64,000 nt of DNA. It comes from Gemmatimonadota bacterium. GTDB taxonomy: Bacteria > Gemmatimonadota > Gemmatimonadetes > Palauibacterales > Palauibacteraceae. The stretch covers positions 1,248,001 through 1,312,000 of the forward strand of contig OY762926.1 in the NCBI GenBank assembly GCA_963666735.1, given 5' to 3'. Within the stretch, counting starts at the first letter, position 1. Each line of letters opens with the position of its first letter. Shown here one piece after another: positions 16,717 through 26,724 of this stretch. Below the pieces are notes generated by a model, which had not been told where the DNA came from, did no database searches, and saw nothing but the letters and a program-made list of their open reading frames with translations. The position numbers and the translations under genes were made by a program.

Positions 16717-17079
16717 TCATTGCAGTGGCTCCGGGGCCGCGAACCCGGCCGGACGGCGCGGGACGTCGAGTTCGGCAATCAGGTGTTCGACGGCACCCAC
16801 GCGTGTCTCCAGCCGGTCGAAGCGGGCATCGATGCGCTCGCGGTCGGCGGCCTGCCTCTCGCGCATCGCAACGAGTTCGCTCCGGACATCGGCAAACTCA
16901 TGGCGGACGTCCGCGAACTCCTGCCGCACGCCGACGAACCTGTCCCCGAGGAGAACGAACCCCTCACGGAGGCCGACGAACTCCTCGTGCATGCCGGCGA
17001 ATCTCGACTCGAACCGGGCATCCACCGCCTGTACAATGGCCTCGACAAGTTCGGCGTCGCGACCGTTCAGGTTCGTCAT
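16717..17079 (-). CDS. Hypothetical coiled-coil protein with heptad repeats
   Basis: Repeating xxFxxVR heptads (EEFVGLR, DRFVGVR, QEFADVR, HEFADVR); GGGAG RBS; sits in the gap between real genes. Confidence 0.7.
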   Translation of the reverse strand: MTNLNGRDAELVEAIVQAVDARFESRFAGMHEEFVGLREGFVLLGDRFVGVRQEFADVRHEFADVRSELVAMRERQAADRERIDARFDRLETRVGAVEHLIAELDVPRRPAGFAAPEPLQ

Positions 17080-17175
17080 GAGGGAGCGGCTCCCGATGGG
17101 GGTTCGTCCTCAAGATCTTCGACAGCGCCCTTCGATGTCAAAGAACGCATCTCCCACGAGTATTCCGCCGTCCCG

Positions 17176-18675
17176 TCAACCGCCTCTCAAGTCAAGTCTC
17201 AGGCGGGCGCGGTCCACCTTGCCCGTCGCGGTCCGGGGGAGACGATCCAGCATCTCCCAGCGGCGGGGCACGCGCGGACCCGACAGCCGCTCGCGGCACC
17301 ACGGATCGAGACGGGCGGGAAGATCGGGATCTTCCCCGGCGACGACGGCGACCACGACCTGCCCCCACCGGTCATCCGGCACGCCGATGACGGCGGCTTC
17401 GCCGACCTCGGGGTGCGCGGCGAGCACGGCCTCCACCTGGGCAGGATCGACGTTTGCACCTCCGCTCACGATCCGGTCGCGCAGCCGCCCCGTCACCTCG
17501 AGGCGGCCCCGCTCGTCGAGGCGGCCGAGGTCGCCGGTCGCGAACCAGGCTCCGGGGGGCCGCGCGGGCTCTCCGGCGTATCCCCGGAAGAGCGTGCCGC
17601 CGCGCACCTCGATGTGGCCCGGGCGCGGCGCGCCGACCGGCCCCGCGGCCGCGTCGCCGGACGGGCGGACCCGCACTTCGACGCCGGTCAGCGGGAGGCC
17701 GGCCGACCGGTCGCCGGCGCGCACTTCCGCCGGAGTGGCCGTGGCGACCTGCGACCCCGCCTCGGTCAAGCCGTACGTCAGCGCGACCGGCCACCCGGCG
17801 GACAGGGCCCGCTCCGCCAGGTCCGGCGGGGTCGCCGCGCCGCCCAGCAGCACGGCGCGCAGGGAGCCCGGCGGCCGGGCACCGGCGGCCAGCAGCCCGT
17901 GCAGCATGGCCGGCACGAGCGAGAGGTGCGTCACGGCGAGTTCGCCGAGCGCCCGGGCGACGGAAGCGGCGTCGAACCGCGGCCCCGCCAGCGCGACCGT
18001 GGCGCCGCCGGCGGCGGCTCTCAGCGGCACGGCAAGCCCCCCGACGTGCGCCCACGCCAGCGTCGCGAGCCACCGGTCGCCCGCGCCGAACCCGAGGCGC
18101 TCGTTCGAGGCGACGGCGTTCGCGCGCAGCGACCGCCATTGGTGGGCGACGAGGCGAGGCAGGCCCTCGGTTCCGGAGGTGGGGAGGATGACGCCCGCCC
18201 CGGGGAGACCCGCCCGGACCCGGGATGATCCCGCGGAAGCGAGGCCCTGCGCTCCGGCGGAATCCGGCAGATGCAGGGCGACCTCTCCGATTCCGGGGAC
18301 CGCGAGCGACCGCGACCGCCACCCGGAAGCCGGCCACGCCAAGTCCTTGCCCGTGAGGGCTGCGGCCGGCCGGACTGCGGCGATGAAGGCGTCCCGTTCG
18401 CGCGATGTCCACTCCGGGTGCGCCGGCGCGAGCACCCGGCCCGCCCCCGGGGCGGCTTCCGGCGCAGCTTCCGGCGTGATGGCGGCGAGGGCGGCCGCGC
18501 CACCCGCATCCAGCCGAAACCCGTGAGCGACGACAGCTCCCTCCCCCACGCCCTCTTCGTCGAGGACCGCCGCTACGGCGCCGCCCGCGGCGCGGACCTC
18601 CGCGGCGGACCACGCCCGGTCGCGCGACACGAGCGCGAAGGACGACGCCGGAGCGGGGGTCGCGGCGCCGCTCAC
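17176..18675 (-). CDS. menE: O-succinylbenzoate-CoA ligase
   Basis: TSGTEG.P, YGLTEAGSQ, FATGDLG, GR..DRIVSGGANVDP, LPRTATGKVDR; in men cluster. Confidence 0.85.
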   Translation of the reverse strand: MSGAATPAPASSFALVSRDRAWSAAEVRAAGGAVAAVLDEEGVGEGAVVAHGFRLDAGGAAALAAITPEAAPEAAPGAGRVLAPAHPEWTSRERDAFIAAVRPAAALTGKDLAWPASGWRSRSLAVPGIGEVALHLPDSAGAQGLASAGSSRVRAGLPGAGVILPTSGTEGLPRLVAHQWRSLRANAVASNERLGFGAGDRWLATLAWAHVGGLAVPLRAAAGGATVALAGPRFDAASVARALGELAVTHLSLVPAMLHGLLAAGARPPGSLRAVLLGGAATPPDLAERALSAGWPVALTYGLTEAGSQVATATPAEVRAGDRSAGLPLTGVEVRVRPSGDAAAGPVGAPRPGHIEVRGGTLFRGYAGEPARPPGAWFATGDLGRLDERGRLEVTGRLRDRIVSGGANVDPAQVEAVLAAHPEVGEAAVIGVPDDRWGQVVVAVVAGEDPDLPARLDPWCRERLSGPRVPRRWEMLDRLPRTATGKVDRARLRLDLRGG

Positions 18676-19586
18676 CACAGACAGCCGATCGCGAACAGGA
18701 GGCCGTACGCGCCCGCCGCCCGGGCGGTGCCCGCGAGCGCCGGGTTCAGCGCCCTCGGGTCTTCATGGCGCCACACGGCATGGAGCGCGGGCGCGGCGAG
18801 GAGTACGGCGCCGGAGGCGAGAAGCGTGCCCACCGGCCACAGGCCCGCCAGGAAACCTGCCGGAGGGATCGCGACCGCGGCGAGGAGCAGAAGCGAGTAC
18901 TCCACGCACGTCCCGGTGCGCCCAAGCCGGACGGCGAGCGTTCGCTTGCCGGCCGCGGCGTCCGTCGACCGGTCGCGGAGGTTGTTCACGACGAGAATCG
19001 CCGTCACGAGCGCGCCCGCGCCGACTCCGGCGAGGATCGCCTCGGACGGCCAGCGGGCCATCTGCACGTAGCAGGTGCCGGCCACCGCGACCGGGCCGAA
19101 GAACGCGAAGGTGAAGAGATCGCCCAGCCCGTGGTATCCGAAGGGCCGCGGTCCCCCCGTGTAGCAGATCCCCGCCAGGATCCCCGCTACGCCGATCCAC
19201 ACGATCGGCCAGCCGCCCACTTTGACGAGGTAGGCGCCCACGGCGACCGCGAGCGCGAAGCTGACGCCGGCCCCGATCCGCACCGCCCGCGGCGACAGCA
19301 GTCCCGACTGGGTCACGCGCGGCGTACCGAGCCGGTCCGCCGTGTCGGCGCCGCGCACGAAGTCGGAATAGTCGTTCGAGAAGTTCGTGCCGATCTGGAT
19401 CAGGAGCGCCCCGGCCAGCGCCGCGAGGAAGGGCCCCGTAGAGAACCCGGCGCTCTTCCAGGCGAGTCCCCCGCCCGCGAGGACGGGTCCCAGCGCGGCG
19501 GGCAGCGTCCGGACGCGCGCCCCGGCGATCCAGGCCCGGAGCGTCCCGGGCGTTGCCGGGAGGGGCTTCGCCGGGCCGGAACTCAG
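18672..19586 (-). CDS. menA: 1,4-dihydroxy-2-naphthoate polyprenyltransferase
   Basis: [45 protein letters not shown]; probable CTG start overlapping the menB stop. Confidence 0.9.
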   Translation of the reverse strand: MSSGPAKPLPATPGTLRAWIAGARVRTLPAALGPVLAGGGLAWKSAGFSTGPFLAALAGALLIQIGTNFSNDYSDFVRGADTADRLGTPRVTQSGLLSPRAVRIGAGVSFALAVAVGAYLVKVGGWPIVWIGVAGILAGICYTGGPRPFGYHGLGDLFTFAFFGPVAVAGTCYVQMARWPSEAILAGVGAGALVTAILVVNNLRDRSTDAAAGKRTLAVRLGRTGTCVEYSLLLLAAVAIPPAGFLAGLWPVGTLLASGAVLLAAPALHAVWRHEDPRALNPALAGTARAAGAYGLLFAIGCLW

Positions 19587-20442
19587 GGGCGCCAGGGGTA
19601 CTGTCTGAAGTTGGGCGGGCGCTTCTCGAGGAAGGCGTTCTTCCCTTCCTGGCCCTCCTCGGTCATGTAGAAGAGCATCGTCGCATGGCCCGCGAGTTCC
19701 TGCAGTCCGGCCTGGCCGTCGCAGTCCGCGTTCATGGCGGCCTTCAGGCACCGGATCGCGAGCGGGCTCTTTCCGAGGATTTCGCGCGCCCAGTCGACCC
19801 CCTCCGCTTCCATCCGCGCCAGCGGGACGACCTTGTTCACGAGTCCCATCCGTTCGGCTTCGTCCGCTCCGTACTGCCGGCACAGATACCAGATCTCCCG
19901 CGCCTTCTTCTGCCCACCGAGCGGGCGAGGTAGGACGAACCGAACCCGCCGTCGAAGCTCCCGACTTTCGGCCCCGTCTGGCCGAACACGGCGTTGTCCG
20001 CCGCGATCGTGAGGTCGCACACGACGTGCAGCACGTGCCCGCCGCCGATCGCGTATCCGGCGACGAGCGCGATGACCGGCTTCGGCATCGAGCGGATGAG
20101 ACGCTGGAGTTCGAGAACGTTGAGGCGCGCGACCCCATCCTTCCCCACGTACCCGGCCGTCCCGCGCACGCGCTGGTCCCCGCCGGAGCAGAAGGCCCAC
20201 TTTCCGTCCCTCGACGGTCCGTTGCCCGTGAGAAGGACGACGCCGACCTCCTCGTCATCTCTCGCGTCCTGGAACGCCTCGTACATCTCGAACAGCGTGT
20301 CGGGGCGGAACGCGTTGCGGACCTCGGGCCGGTTGAAGGCGATGCGGGCGATCCCGTCGCTCTTGTGATAGGTGATGTCCCGGTATTCGCCGGCCGGCTC
20401 CCAGTCGACGCCGCTTTCCGGGGGCGAAAATGACTCTGCCAT
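19583..20442 (-). CDS. menB: Naphthoate synthase (DHNA-CoA synthase) with a 1-bp frameshift at about 19914
   Basis: [38 protein letters not shown] in one frame; QKKAREIW...[14 protein letters not shown] in the next. Confidence 0.88.
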
Positions 20443-20455
20443 GGCGGGCTCTCCC

Positions 20456-22240
20456 TCAGATCTTGCGGCGCGCCGCCTCCTTCGCGCTTTCGATCGCGGC
20501 GACGCGCTGCTTCCAGTTGTGTTCACGTTCGACGCAGGCCTCCGTGAGGCGGAGGCCCCGGCCCTCCGATTCCGCGTCCGGCGGCTTCGGCGCCTGCTTC
20601 AGTGCCTCCCGCAGTTCGGCGGTCGAGGAGACGAGACGGTGCGGGATTCCGGCTGCGGCGGCAACCGCGCCCAGATCGACGGACTGGGGCATGACGACGT
20701 AGGGGGTGAAGGGCGGGTCGTGCTCGCGGATCGGCAGCATGTGGAAGATGCCGCCGCCGCGGTTCTGGATGACGACGAGGTGAAGCGGGATTCCCGGCGA
20801 GCGATCCGCGAGCAGCGCCCCCACATCGTGGAGCAGCGTGAGGTCGCCGATGAGCGCGGCGGCGGGCCGGCCCGAGGCGGCGGCGGCGCCGAGCGCCGCG
20901 CTCACATTGCCATCGATGCCGCTTGCGCCTCGCAGGCCCAGGGTGCGCAGGGGTCGATCCGTCGCGCGCGTGAAGGCGTCCACATCGCGGATCGGCATCG
21001 AGTTGCCGATGAACCAGGGCGTCCCTTCCGGGAGGCTCTCCGCCATGGCGTTGGCGACGGCGCCCTCGAACCACACCTCCGCCAGCGACGGCTCGACCGC
21101 GGCGCGGGCCGCGCGGTCCACTGCCCGCCATTGCTCGACCCAGGTCTCGCCCCCTTCCTCCGCCCCTTCGGCGCCGGTCGCGGCCGCACGCTCGATGGTT
21201 GCAACGGGATCGCCGGTCAGCGGTCGCGCGCTCGTGGCGAGATGATCCCGCCAGCGGTGCGTCGCGTCGAGGACGAACTGCGACACGTCCGCGTGCCGCT
21301 CCAGGTATCGACAGACGGCCGCGGAGGTCGGCGCGCGTCCGACGCGAACGATCAGATCGGGGCGCAGCGCCGCGGCGACTTCGCCGGCACGGAGCGCGAG
21401 ATCGGCGCCGCTCATCGTCCAGCGCTCCGCGCCGGAGCCGAAACGGGCGCCGGAGAGCGGGTCGGCCACGAGCGGAGCGCGAACGCGGTCCGCCAGCGCG
21501 AGGGCGGCGCGGCCGATCCCGGGCCGCTGGTTGGGGCCGCAGACGATGAGCGGTCGCCGCGCGCCCCGCAGCAGGGCGGCGAGTTCGCCGCCGGCGTCGG
21601 GCGGCGGGGCTCCGGCCCCGCCACCGGGCGCCGGGGAGCCGGGGAGGCGTGGCTCCAGCCCGGCCGTTACGTCGCCCGGCACGCGAACCGGCTCGAGCGG
21701 CTTCGCGAACTGAACGTTCAGATGCGCCGGTCCGGCGGGAGGCCCGAGCGCCGCGCGCCACACCGCCTCCACCGCGGCTCCCAGGCGGGCGAGCCCCGCC
21801 GCGGTCGGCTCCGGAAGCGCGAGATCGATGGCTCGCCGGGGATAGCGGCCGAAGAGGTCCCGCTGGTCGATCGTCTGGTTCGCATCCGTGCCCCTCAGCC
21901 CCGCCGGCCGGTCCGCCGTCAGCGCGAGGAAGGGGATCTCGCTTTGGCTCGCCTCCACCACCGCCGGGAAGAGGTTGGCCGCGGCCGTGCCGGACGTCGT
22001 GACGACCGCCGCCGGCCGTCCGCTCGCCGCGCCCACGCCCAGAGCGAAGAAGGCTGCGCTCCGCTCATCCACGTGCGGGTGAAGAGTGAACCGGTCGTCC
22101 GAGGCCAGCGCTTCCACGAGGGGGGCCGAGCGGGATCCGGAACCCAGGCAGGCATGCGACACTCCGCGGCGGGCGAACCCATCGACGAGCGCCCGGGCCC
22201 ACAGCGTGTTCCGATTGGGGGCGGCCGGGGTCCGGTTCAC
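20456..22240 (-). CDS. menD: SEPHCHC synthase
   Basis: [55 protein letters not shown]. Confidence 0.93.
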   Translation of the reverse strand: MNRTPAAPNRNTLWARALVDGFARRGVSHACLGSGSRSAPLVEALASDDRFTLHPHVDERSAAFFALGVGAASGRPAAVVTTSGTAAANLFPAVVEASQSEIPFLALTADRPAGLRGTDANQTIDQRDLFGRYPRRAIDLALPEPTAAGLARLGAAVEAVWRAALGPPAGPAHLNVQFAKPLEPVRVPGDVTAGLEPRLPGSPAPGGGAGAPPPDAGGELAALLRGARRPLIVCGPNQRPGIGRAALALADRVRAPLVADPLSGARFGSGAERWTMSGADLALRAGEVAAALRPDLIVRVGRAPTSAAVCRYLERHADVSQFVLDATHRWRDHLATSARPLTGDPVATIERAAATGAEGAEEGGETWVEQWRAVDRAARAAVEPSLAEVWFEGAVANAMAESLPEGTPWFIGNSMPIRDVDAFTRATDRPLRTLGLRGASGIDGNVSAALGAAAASGRPAAALIGDLTLLHDVGALLADRSPGIPLHLVVIQNRGGGIFHMLPIREHDPPFTPYVVMPQSVDLGAVAAAAGIPHRLVSSTAELREALKQAPKPPDAESEGRGLRLTEACVEREHNWKQRVAAIESAKEAARRKI

Positions 22241-23670
22241 CGCATCCGCGCGACACCGAACGCCGCGAGCATCGTCTGCAGCTTGACCCGGGTCTCGTCC
22301 CATTCCGCCCGAGCCCGGGAGCCACTCACGAGGCCTGCGGCGGCGTAGAGCCGCAGGAGCGGGCCCCTCGCTACTCCACCGCGCAACGCGGGGGCGAACT
22401 CCCCGTTACCGTCTTCGTCGAACCAGCCGACCGGACCCGCGTACCAGCCGCGACTCGCCGTCTCGCGCGCGCGGATCATGTCGAGCGCGTCGGAGCGTGG
22501 GTCGCCGCACACGGCCGCAGTGGGATGAAGCGTCTCCACAAGCGACAGGATATGCGTCCCCGGCCGCGTTTTCGCCTCGAGGTCCGTCCGCAGGTGCTGG
22601 ATCCGCGGCAGACGCAGGAGGGCGGGTTTCGGGATCGCTCCGATCCGGACACCGGCCTGACGCAGCCGTTCGACGATGTCCTCGACAACGACGAGGTGTT
22701 CCTCCCGGTTCTTGCGGCTATCGATCAACTGGCGGCCAAGCCACGCGTCCGATGCCGGATCCGCGCCGCGCGGCGTCGACCCGCCGACCGCCATCGTGCG
22801 AAAACGCCGGCCGCGGAGCGAACCGATCAACTCCGGGGCGGCGCCGACGAAGAAGCGGTCGCGCGCGAACTGCATCAGGTAGAGGTGCGCGAGCGGGTTC
22901 GCCGTGCGCAGAGCGGTGAGAACGGCGGCGGAATCCGGCGGTCTCCCGAGCGTGATGTCGACGGAACGCGCGAGCACGACCTTTCGAACCCGGCCGGACC
23001 GGATCTCGCCGACGATCCCGTCGACAGCGTGCTGCCATTGCCGGCGATCCACGAGTTCCTCGATGGCGGTCGCGGACGGGACGGGTCCCGGCGCCGCCCC
23101 CTGGCGCTCGAGCCTGGCCAATTGTTCGCGCGAGCGGGTCGCGCGCCGCCGGAGTCGATCGATGGCCTGATCGCCGGAGGTGTCGGACGGGAAGCGGCGC
23201 GTCACCGTCAGCCACGCGCCACGTTCGTCCGCCTCGACTTCGTAGGCCGGCAGCACGAAGCGCGCGCTCGGGAACGCCTCCCAGAAGCCCGGCTCCCGAT
23301 CCGCGCGGCGCGCGGAGTCGAAGGCGAAGCCACCGTGCATGCGCGGCCGCCGCGCCTCGCCGTCCAGGTCGAGGATCCACGGTTCCGCGAACAGCTTCGC
23401 CGCACGCTCCCGCATCCAGGCGATGAGATCCCCGCGCGGCGGTCCCCCCACGCCCTCCCGGCTGTCGATTTCCGCCGCGGAGCCCGCGTGCGCGATCCAG
23501 TGCGGGCCGCTCTGCCAGAAGCCGCGCACGCCGGTCGGCGGCGAGGCGAGCACCGCCTCGGGCTCGATGCTTGGCAGACGCAGAGTCACGCTGGCGAAAT
23601 AGCCCGCCCCGCGCGCGGCTTCGACCGCCGCCTCCGCCCGTGCCCCGCGGGAGGGCCGCGCCGCCCTCAT
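22237..23670 (-). CDS. menF: Isochorismate synthase
   Basis: KVVLAR, GAAPE, KNREEH..V, QHL.T, LHPTAAVCG.P, RGWYAGPVGW, EWDET..K. Confidence 0.9.
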   Translation of the reverse strand: MRAARPSRGARAEAAVEAARGAGYFASVTLRLPSIEPEAVLASPPTGVRGFWQSGPHWIAHAGSAAEIDSREGVGGPPRGDLIAWMRERAAKLFAEPWILDLDGEARRPRMHGGFAFDSARRADREPGFWEAFPSARFVLPAYEVEADERGAWLTVTRRFPSDTSGDQAIDRLRRRATRSREQLARLERQGAAPGPVPSATAIEELVDRRQWQHAVDGIVGEIRSGRVRKVVLARSVDITLGRPPDSAAVLTALRTANPLAHLYLMQFARDRFFVGAAPELIGSLRGRRFRTMAVGGSTPRGADPASDAWLGRQLIDSRKNREEHLVVVEDIVERLRQAGVRIGAIPKPALLRLPRIQHLRTDLEAKTRPGTHILSLVETLHPTAAVCGDPRSDALDMIRARETASRGWYAGPVGWFDEDGNGEFAPALRGGVARGPLLRLYAAAGLVSGSRARAEWDETRVKLQTMLAAFGVARMR

Positions 23671-23702
23671 GCCGCCGCCCTCATGCCGTCGCCCTCATGT
23701 CG
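23661..23702. repeat. Three tandem 14-bp units CCGCCCTCATGCCG at the deacetylase/menF junction
   Basis: Units at 23661-23674, 23675-23688, 23689-23702 (the last has 2 mismatches). Confidence 0.85.
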
Positions 23703-24622
23703 CCGCGCTCGCGCCGCGCCTCGACCTCGCGCGCCGTCCTGTGCGCGATCGCGTGCAGTTCCGCGGTCAGCCGGTGCGTGGCCGCGTACCCGCCCGACAG
23801 GAGGAGCGTGAGCGGGAAACCCTCCCCGCGCAACGTGCCGATGACCCGCCGCTCCCTTCGCTCCAGGCCGGCGCGCGTGAGCGCGAGACGCCCGAAACGG
23901 TCGCCGGCGAGGACATCCACGCCCCCGAGGTAGAACACGAGGTCGGGACGCGCCCGGGACACGGCCTCGGGGAGGAATCGCCGCAGCGCCGCCTCGTATT
24001 CCTCGTCTCCCGTGCCATCGGGCAGGGCCACGTCGAGGTCCGACGGGGTGGGCCGGAACGGGTAGTTACCCGCCCCGTGCATGGAGAACGTGAAGGTGTC
24101 CGGGTCGTCGGCGAACACGGCGGCCGTGCCGTTCCCCTGGTGGACATCGAGATCCACGACGAGCGCGCGGCGAATCCACCCGCCGCGGCGCAGCACCCTG
24201 ACGGCGACGCCCACATCGTTCAAGACGCAGAACCCTTCTCCGTGACCCGGAAATGCATGGTGCGTCCCGCCGGCCAGGTTCGCCGCCACGCCATCTTCCA
24301 GTGCCATCCACGCCGCATTGACCGTGCCCCGGACGGCGAGTCGCGACCGGCGGACGAGCGCGGGCGACCACGGGAGCCCGAGGCGTCGTTCCTCCGCGCC
24401 CCCGAGAGTACCGTGCCGGAGCTTGTAGAGGTACTCCGGCGTGTGCACGAGCGCCAAGTCCTCCCACGCGGCCTCCTCCGGCTCGACGACGTCCTTCGGC
24501 TCGATGATCCCGTCGCGTTCGAGGATCCGCCTCAGCGCGAGGAACTTCCCCATCGGGAATCGATGACCCTCGGGCAGCGGCACCGTATACCCGGCGCTGT
24601 AGGCGACGCGGAGTCTCGACAC
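23681..24622 (-). CDS. Histone deacetylase family (Zn-dependent deacylase)
   Basis: GHRFPMGKF, GGTHHAF...GEGFCVLND, DLDVHQGNGTA, GVDVL.GDRFG, SGGY. Confidence 0.92.
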   Translation of the reverse strand: MSRLRVAYSAGYTVPLPEGHRFPMGKFLALRRILERDGIIEPKDVVEPEEAAWEDLALVHTPEYLYKLRHGTLGGAEERRLGLPWSPALVRRSRLAVRGTVNAAWMALEDGVAANLAGGTHHAFPGHGEGFCVLNDVGVAVRVLRRGGWIRRALVVDLDVHQGNGTAAVFADDPDTFTFSMHGAGNYPFRPTPSDLDVALPDGTGDEEYEAALRRFLPEAVSRARPDLVFYLGGVDVLAGDRFGRLALTRAGLERRERRVIGTLRGEGFPLTLLLSGGYAATHRLTAELHAIAHRTAREVEARRERGDMRATA

Positions 24623-24642
24623 GGCTACGGTCCCGCCCGCGA

Positions 24643-26724
24643 CTAGAAGAGCCGGAACTGGAGCCGCAGCAGACGGCCGGGCTGCGGCAGTCCGCACTGA
24701 TCGAAGACCGTCGCGTCCGCGAGGTTGTCCAGCGACAGGGAGGTCTGGAGCGTCCGGAAGGGTCCGCCGACCGCGAACTCCCGACTCACGACGAGGTCGA
24801 CGCGCGCCGTCGGGTCGAGCGCCACATCGGCGTCGAGATCCGGATCGACGCAGTACTGGCGTCCGATCGCCTCCACCGCGGCCCGCGCCCGGAAGCCCGC
24901 GGGGAGCGGGCTCTCCACATGTGCTCCCGCGGCGATCCCGGGCTGGTACTCGGCGCGAAGCCCGCGGCTCTCAAACCGCTGGTCCGTCACGCTCACATTC
25001 TGCCACGTCAGGTCGCCGCCCACGGACACCCCGCCCCACCGTGCGTCGCCGAGCAGTTCGAGCCCGGCCGCGTCCACGCGACGCCGGTTCTCTCGCCGGA
25101 ACCTCCCGTCCCCGAGCCCCGTGCGCACGATCGCATTCGAAAAACTCTGGACGAAAAGCACGGCCTGTGCCTCGACCTCCGCCCCGAACGCCTCCACCGT
25201 CCCGGTGACGCCGCTCTCCGCCGCGCGCAGGACCTCCGGCGCAAGCTCGTGGTTGGGGACGAAGCGGCCGAGCGCGCCCGAATACAGTTCCCGCAGCGAA
25301 GGGAAGCGGACGCGGCGGCTCGCCCCCATGTGAAGGCGCACGCGGCGTCCGATCTGCGCGGATCCCCCGACGCGCGCGCCCCAGTCGCCGATCGCCTCGC
25401 GCGCTTCCCGGCCGCCCGTCTCCGGCGTGCTGCCGCGGTCCCAGCTCGCCCCCAGGCTGATGCGGGCGCCGGACCAGAACCCCGCGCCGGGACCCGCGAG
25501 CGGCAGCTCGACCTCGCCGCCGAGACTGAACAGGCGCTGGCGGAAGGTGGACTTGCCGCCGGGCACGATCCGCTCCACGTGGCGGGTCTCGGCCACCGTG
25601 AACGCCGTCCGCGCGACCCCCTCGCCGAGTTCATGGTCGGACAGCCCCCGGAAGGTGAGGGTGCGGTCGTCCGCGAACTCCTGCCCCGCGATCTCCCCAT
25701 AGGCCAGCGTCTCGAACTCGTCGATCTGCGCGTCGCCCGCGTCGACCCCGATGCTGACCTCGAAGTCTCCCGTGCCGAAGGGCGTGCGCCCCCAGCCGGT
25801 GCCCGCCGAGACCGTGCCCACGACCCGCTTCGTCTCCGGCATCCTCCAGCGCCGCGGATTCATCACGTGGAGTTCCGGCGGAATCCCCCTCTCCGCGCGA
25901 TACCCGAAGGTGGACATCGAGACCCAGGCGCCCCCCTCGGATTCGGCCCGGCCCGTGAAAAAGGCGCTCGCGTGATCGAGATCGCTGTTCAGACGCCGGT
26001 TCGGGTCGACCGTGACCGGCTGTACGACGCCGCCGGGAAGGGGGACGCCGTCACGCGTCCGGTAGGCGCCGCCCGCCTGCACGGACACGCCGCCGTCCCC
26101 CGAGCTCCACGTGCGTCCGAGGCGCACGCCGCCGAAGGCCGCGCCGGTCGCGTCCATGCCGCCCTGCATCCCGTTGAGCCGCCGGTCCGCGTCCACGCTC
26201 CCGTGTCCGATCTCGATCGAGACCACGCCGCCGAGAACGTTCGGACCATGGAGGACCGAGGAGATGCCCCGGAACAACTGGATTTCCCGCGCCGCGTCGA
26301 CCGGAATGAGCGAGAGGTCCGTGCGCGCGTCCCAGCCGAGCGTCAACGGCACCCCGTCGACGAGCACGGCGAGTTGGCGCGACTCGGTTCCACGCAGCGC
26401 CGGCTGAGCCTCGCCGCGGGAGTTCTCCCGCACCTGCAGGAAGGGAATCTCGCGCAACGCCTCCTCCAGCAGCGGGACGGCGGCCACGCGCGGCGACTGG
26501 AGGCTGAGGCGCACCGCGCTCGCGCCCGAGACGCTGGCGACCGGTCGCAGCGCCTCGATCCGGAGTTCGCGGAGCCGGAAGGAGACCGTGTCCCGCGACA
26601 CGGAGTCCGGCACCTGCGCCGCGACTCCCCGCGCCCCCGGGAGACACGCCAGCGCGGCGAGAAGCGGCCACGCGCCCCGCCGAACGAACCGCCGCCCGAC
26701 CTTCCGTTCCATCCTCCGTGTCAT
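24643..26724 (-). CDS. TonB-dependent receptor
   Basis: Signal peptide; plug NSRGEA...RG...VLVDGVP, G..SVLHGPN.LGG; RFPSLRELY; NL.D...PGR...F terminus. Confidence 0.88.
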   Translation of the reverse strand: MTRRMERKVGRRFVRRGAWPLLAALACLPGARGVAAQVPDSVSRDTVSFRLRELRIEALRPVASVSGASAVRLSLQSPRVAAVPLLEEALREIPFLQVRENSRGEAQPALRGTESRQLAVLVDGVPLTLGWDARTDLSLIPVDAAREIQLFRGISSVLHGPNVLGGVVSIEIGHGSVDADRRLNGMQGGMDATGAAFGGVRLGRTWSSGDGGVSVQAGGAYRTRDGVPLPGGVVQPVTVDPNRRLNSDLDHASAFFTGRAESEGGAWVSMSTFGYRAERGIPPELHVMNPRRWRMPETKRVVGTVSAGTGWGRTPFGTGDFEVSIGVDAGDAQIDEFETLAYGEIAGQEFADDRTLTFRGLSDHELGEGVARTAFTVAETRHVERIVPGGKSTFRQRLFSLGGEVELPLAGPGAGFWSGARISLGASWDRGSTPETGGREAREAIGDWGARVGGSAQIGRRVRLHMGASRRVRFPSLRELYSGALGRFVPNHELAPEVLRAAESGVTGTVEAFGAEVEAQAVLFVQSFSNAIVRTGLGDGRFRRENRRRVDAAGLELLGDARWGGVSVGGDLTWQNVSVTDQRFESRGLRAEYQPGIAAGAHVESPLPAGFRARAAVEAIGRQYCVDPDLDADVALDPTARVDLVVSREFAVGGPFRTLQTSLSLDNLADATVFDQCGLPQPGRLLRLQFRLF

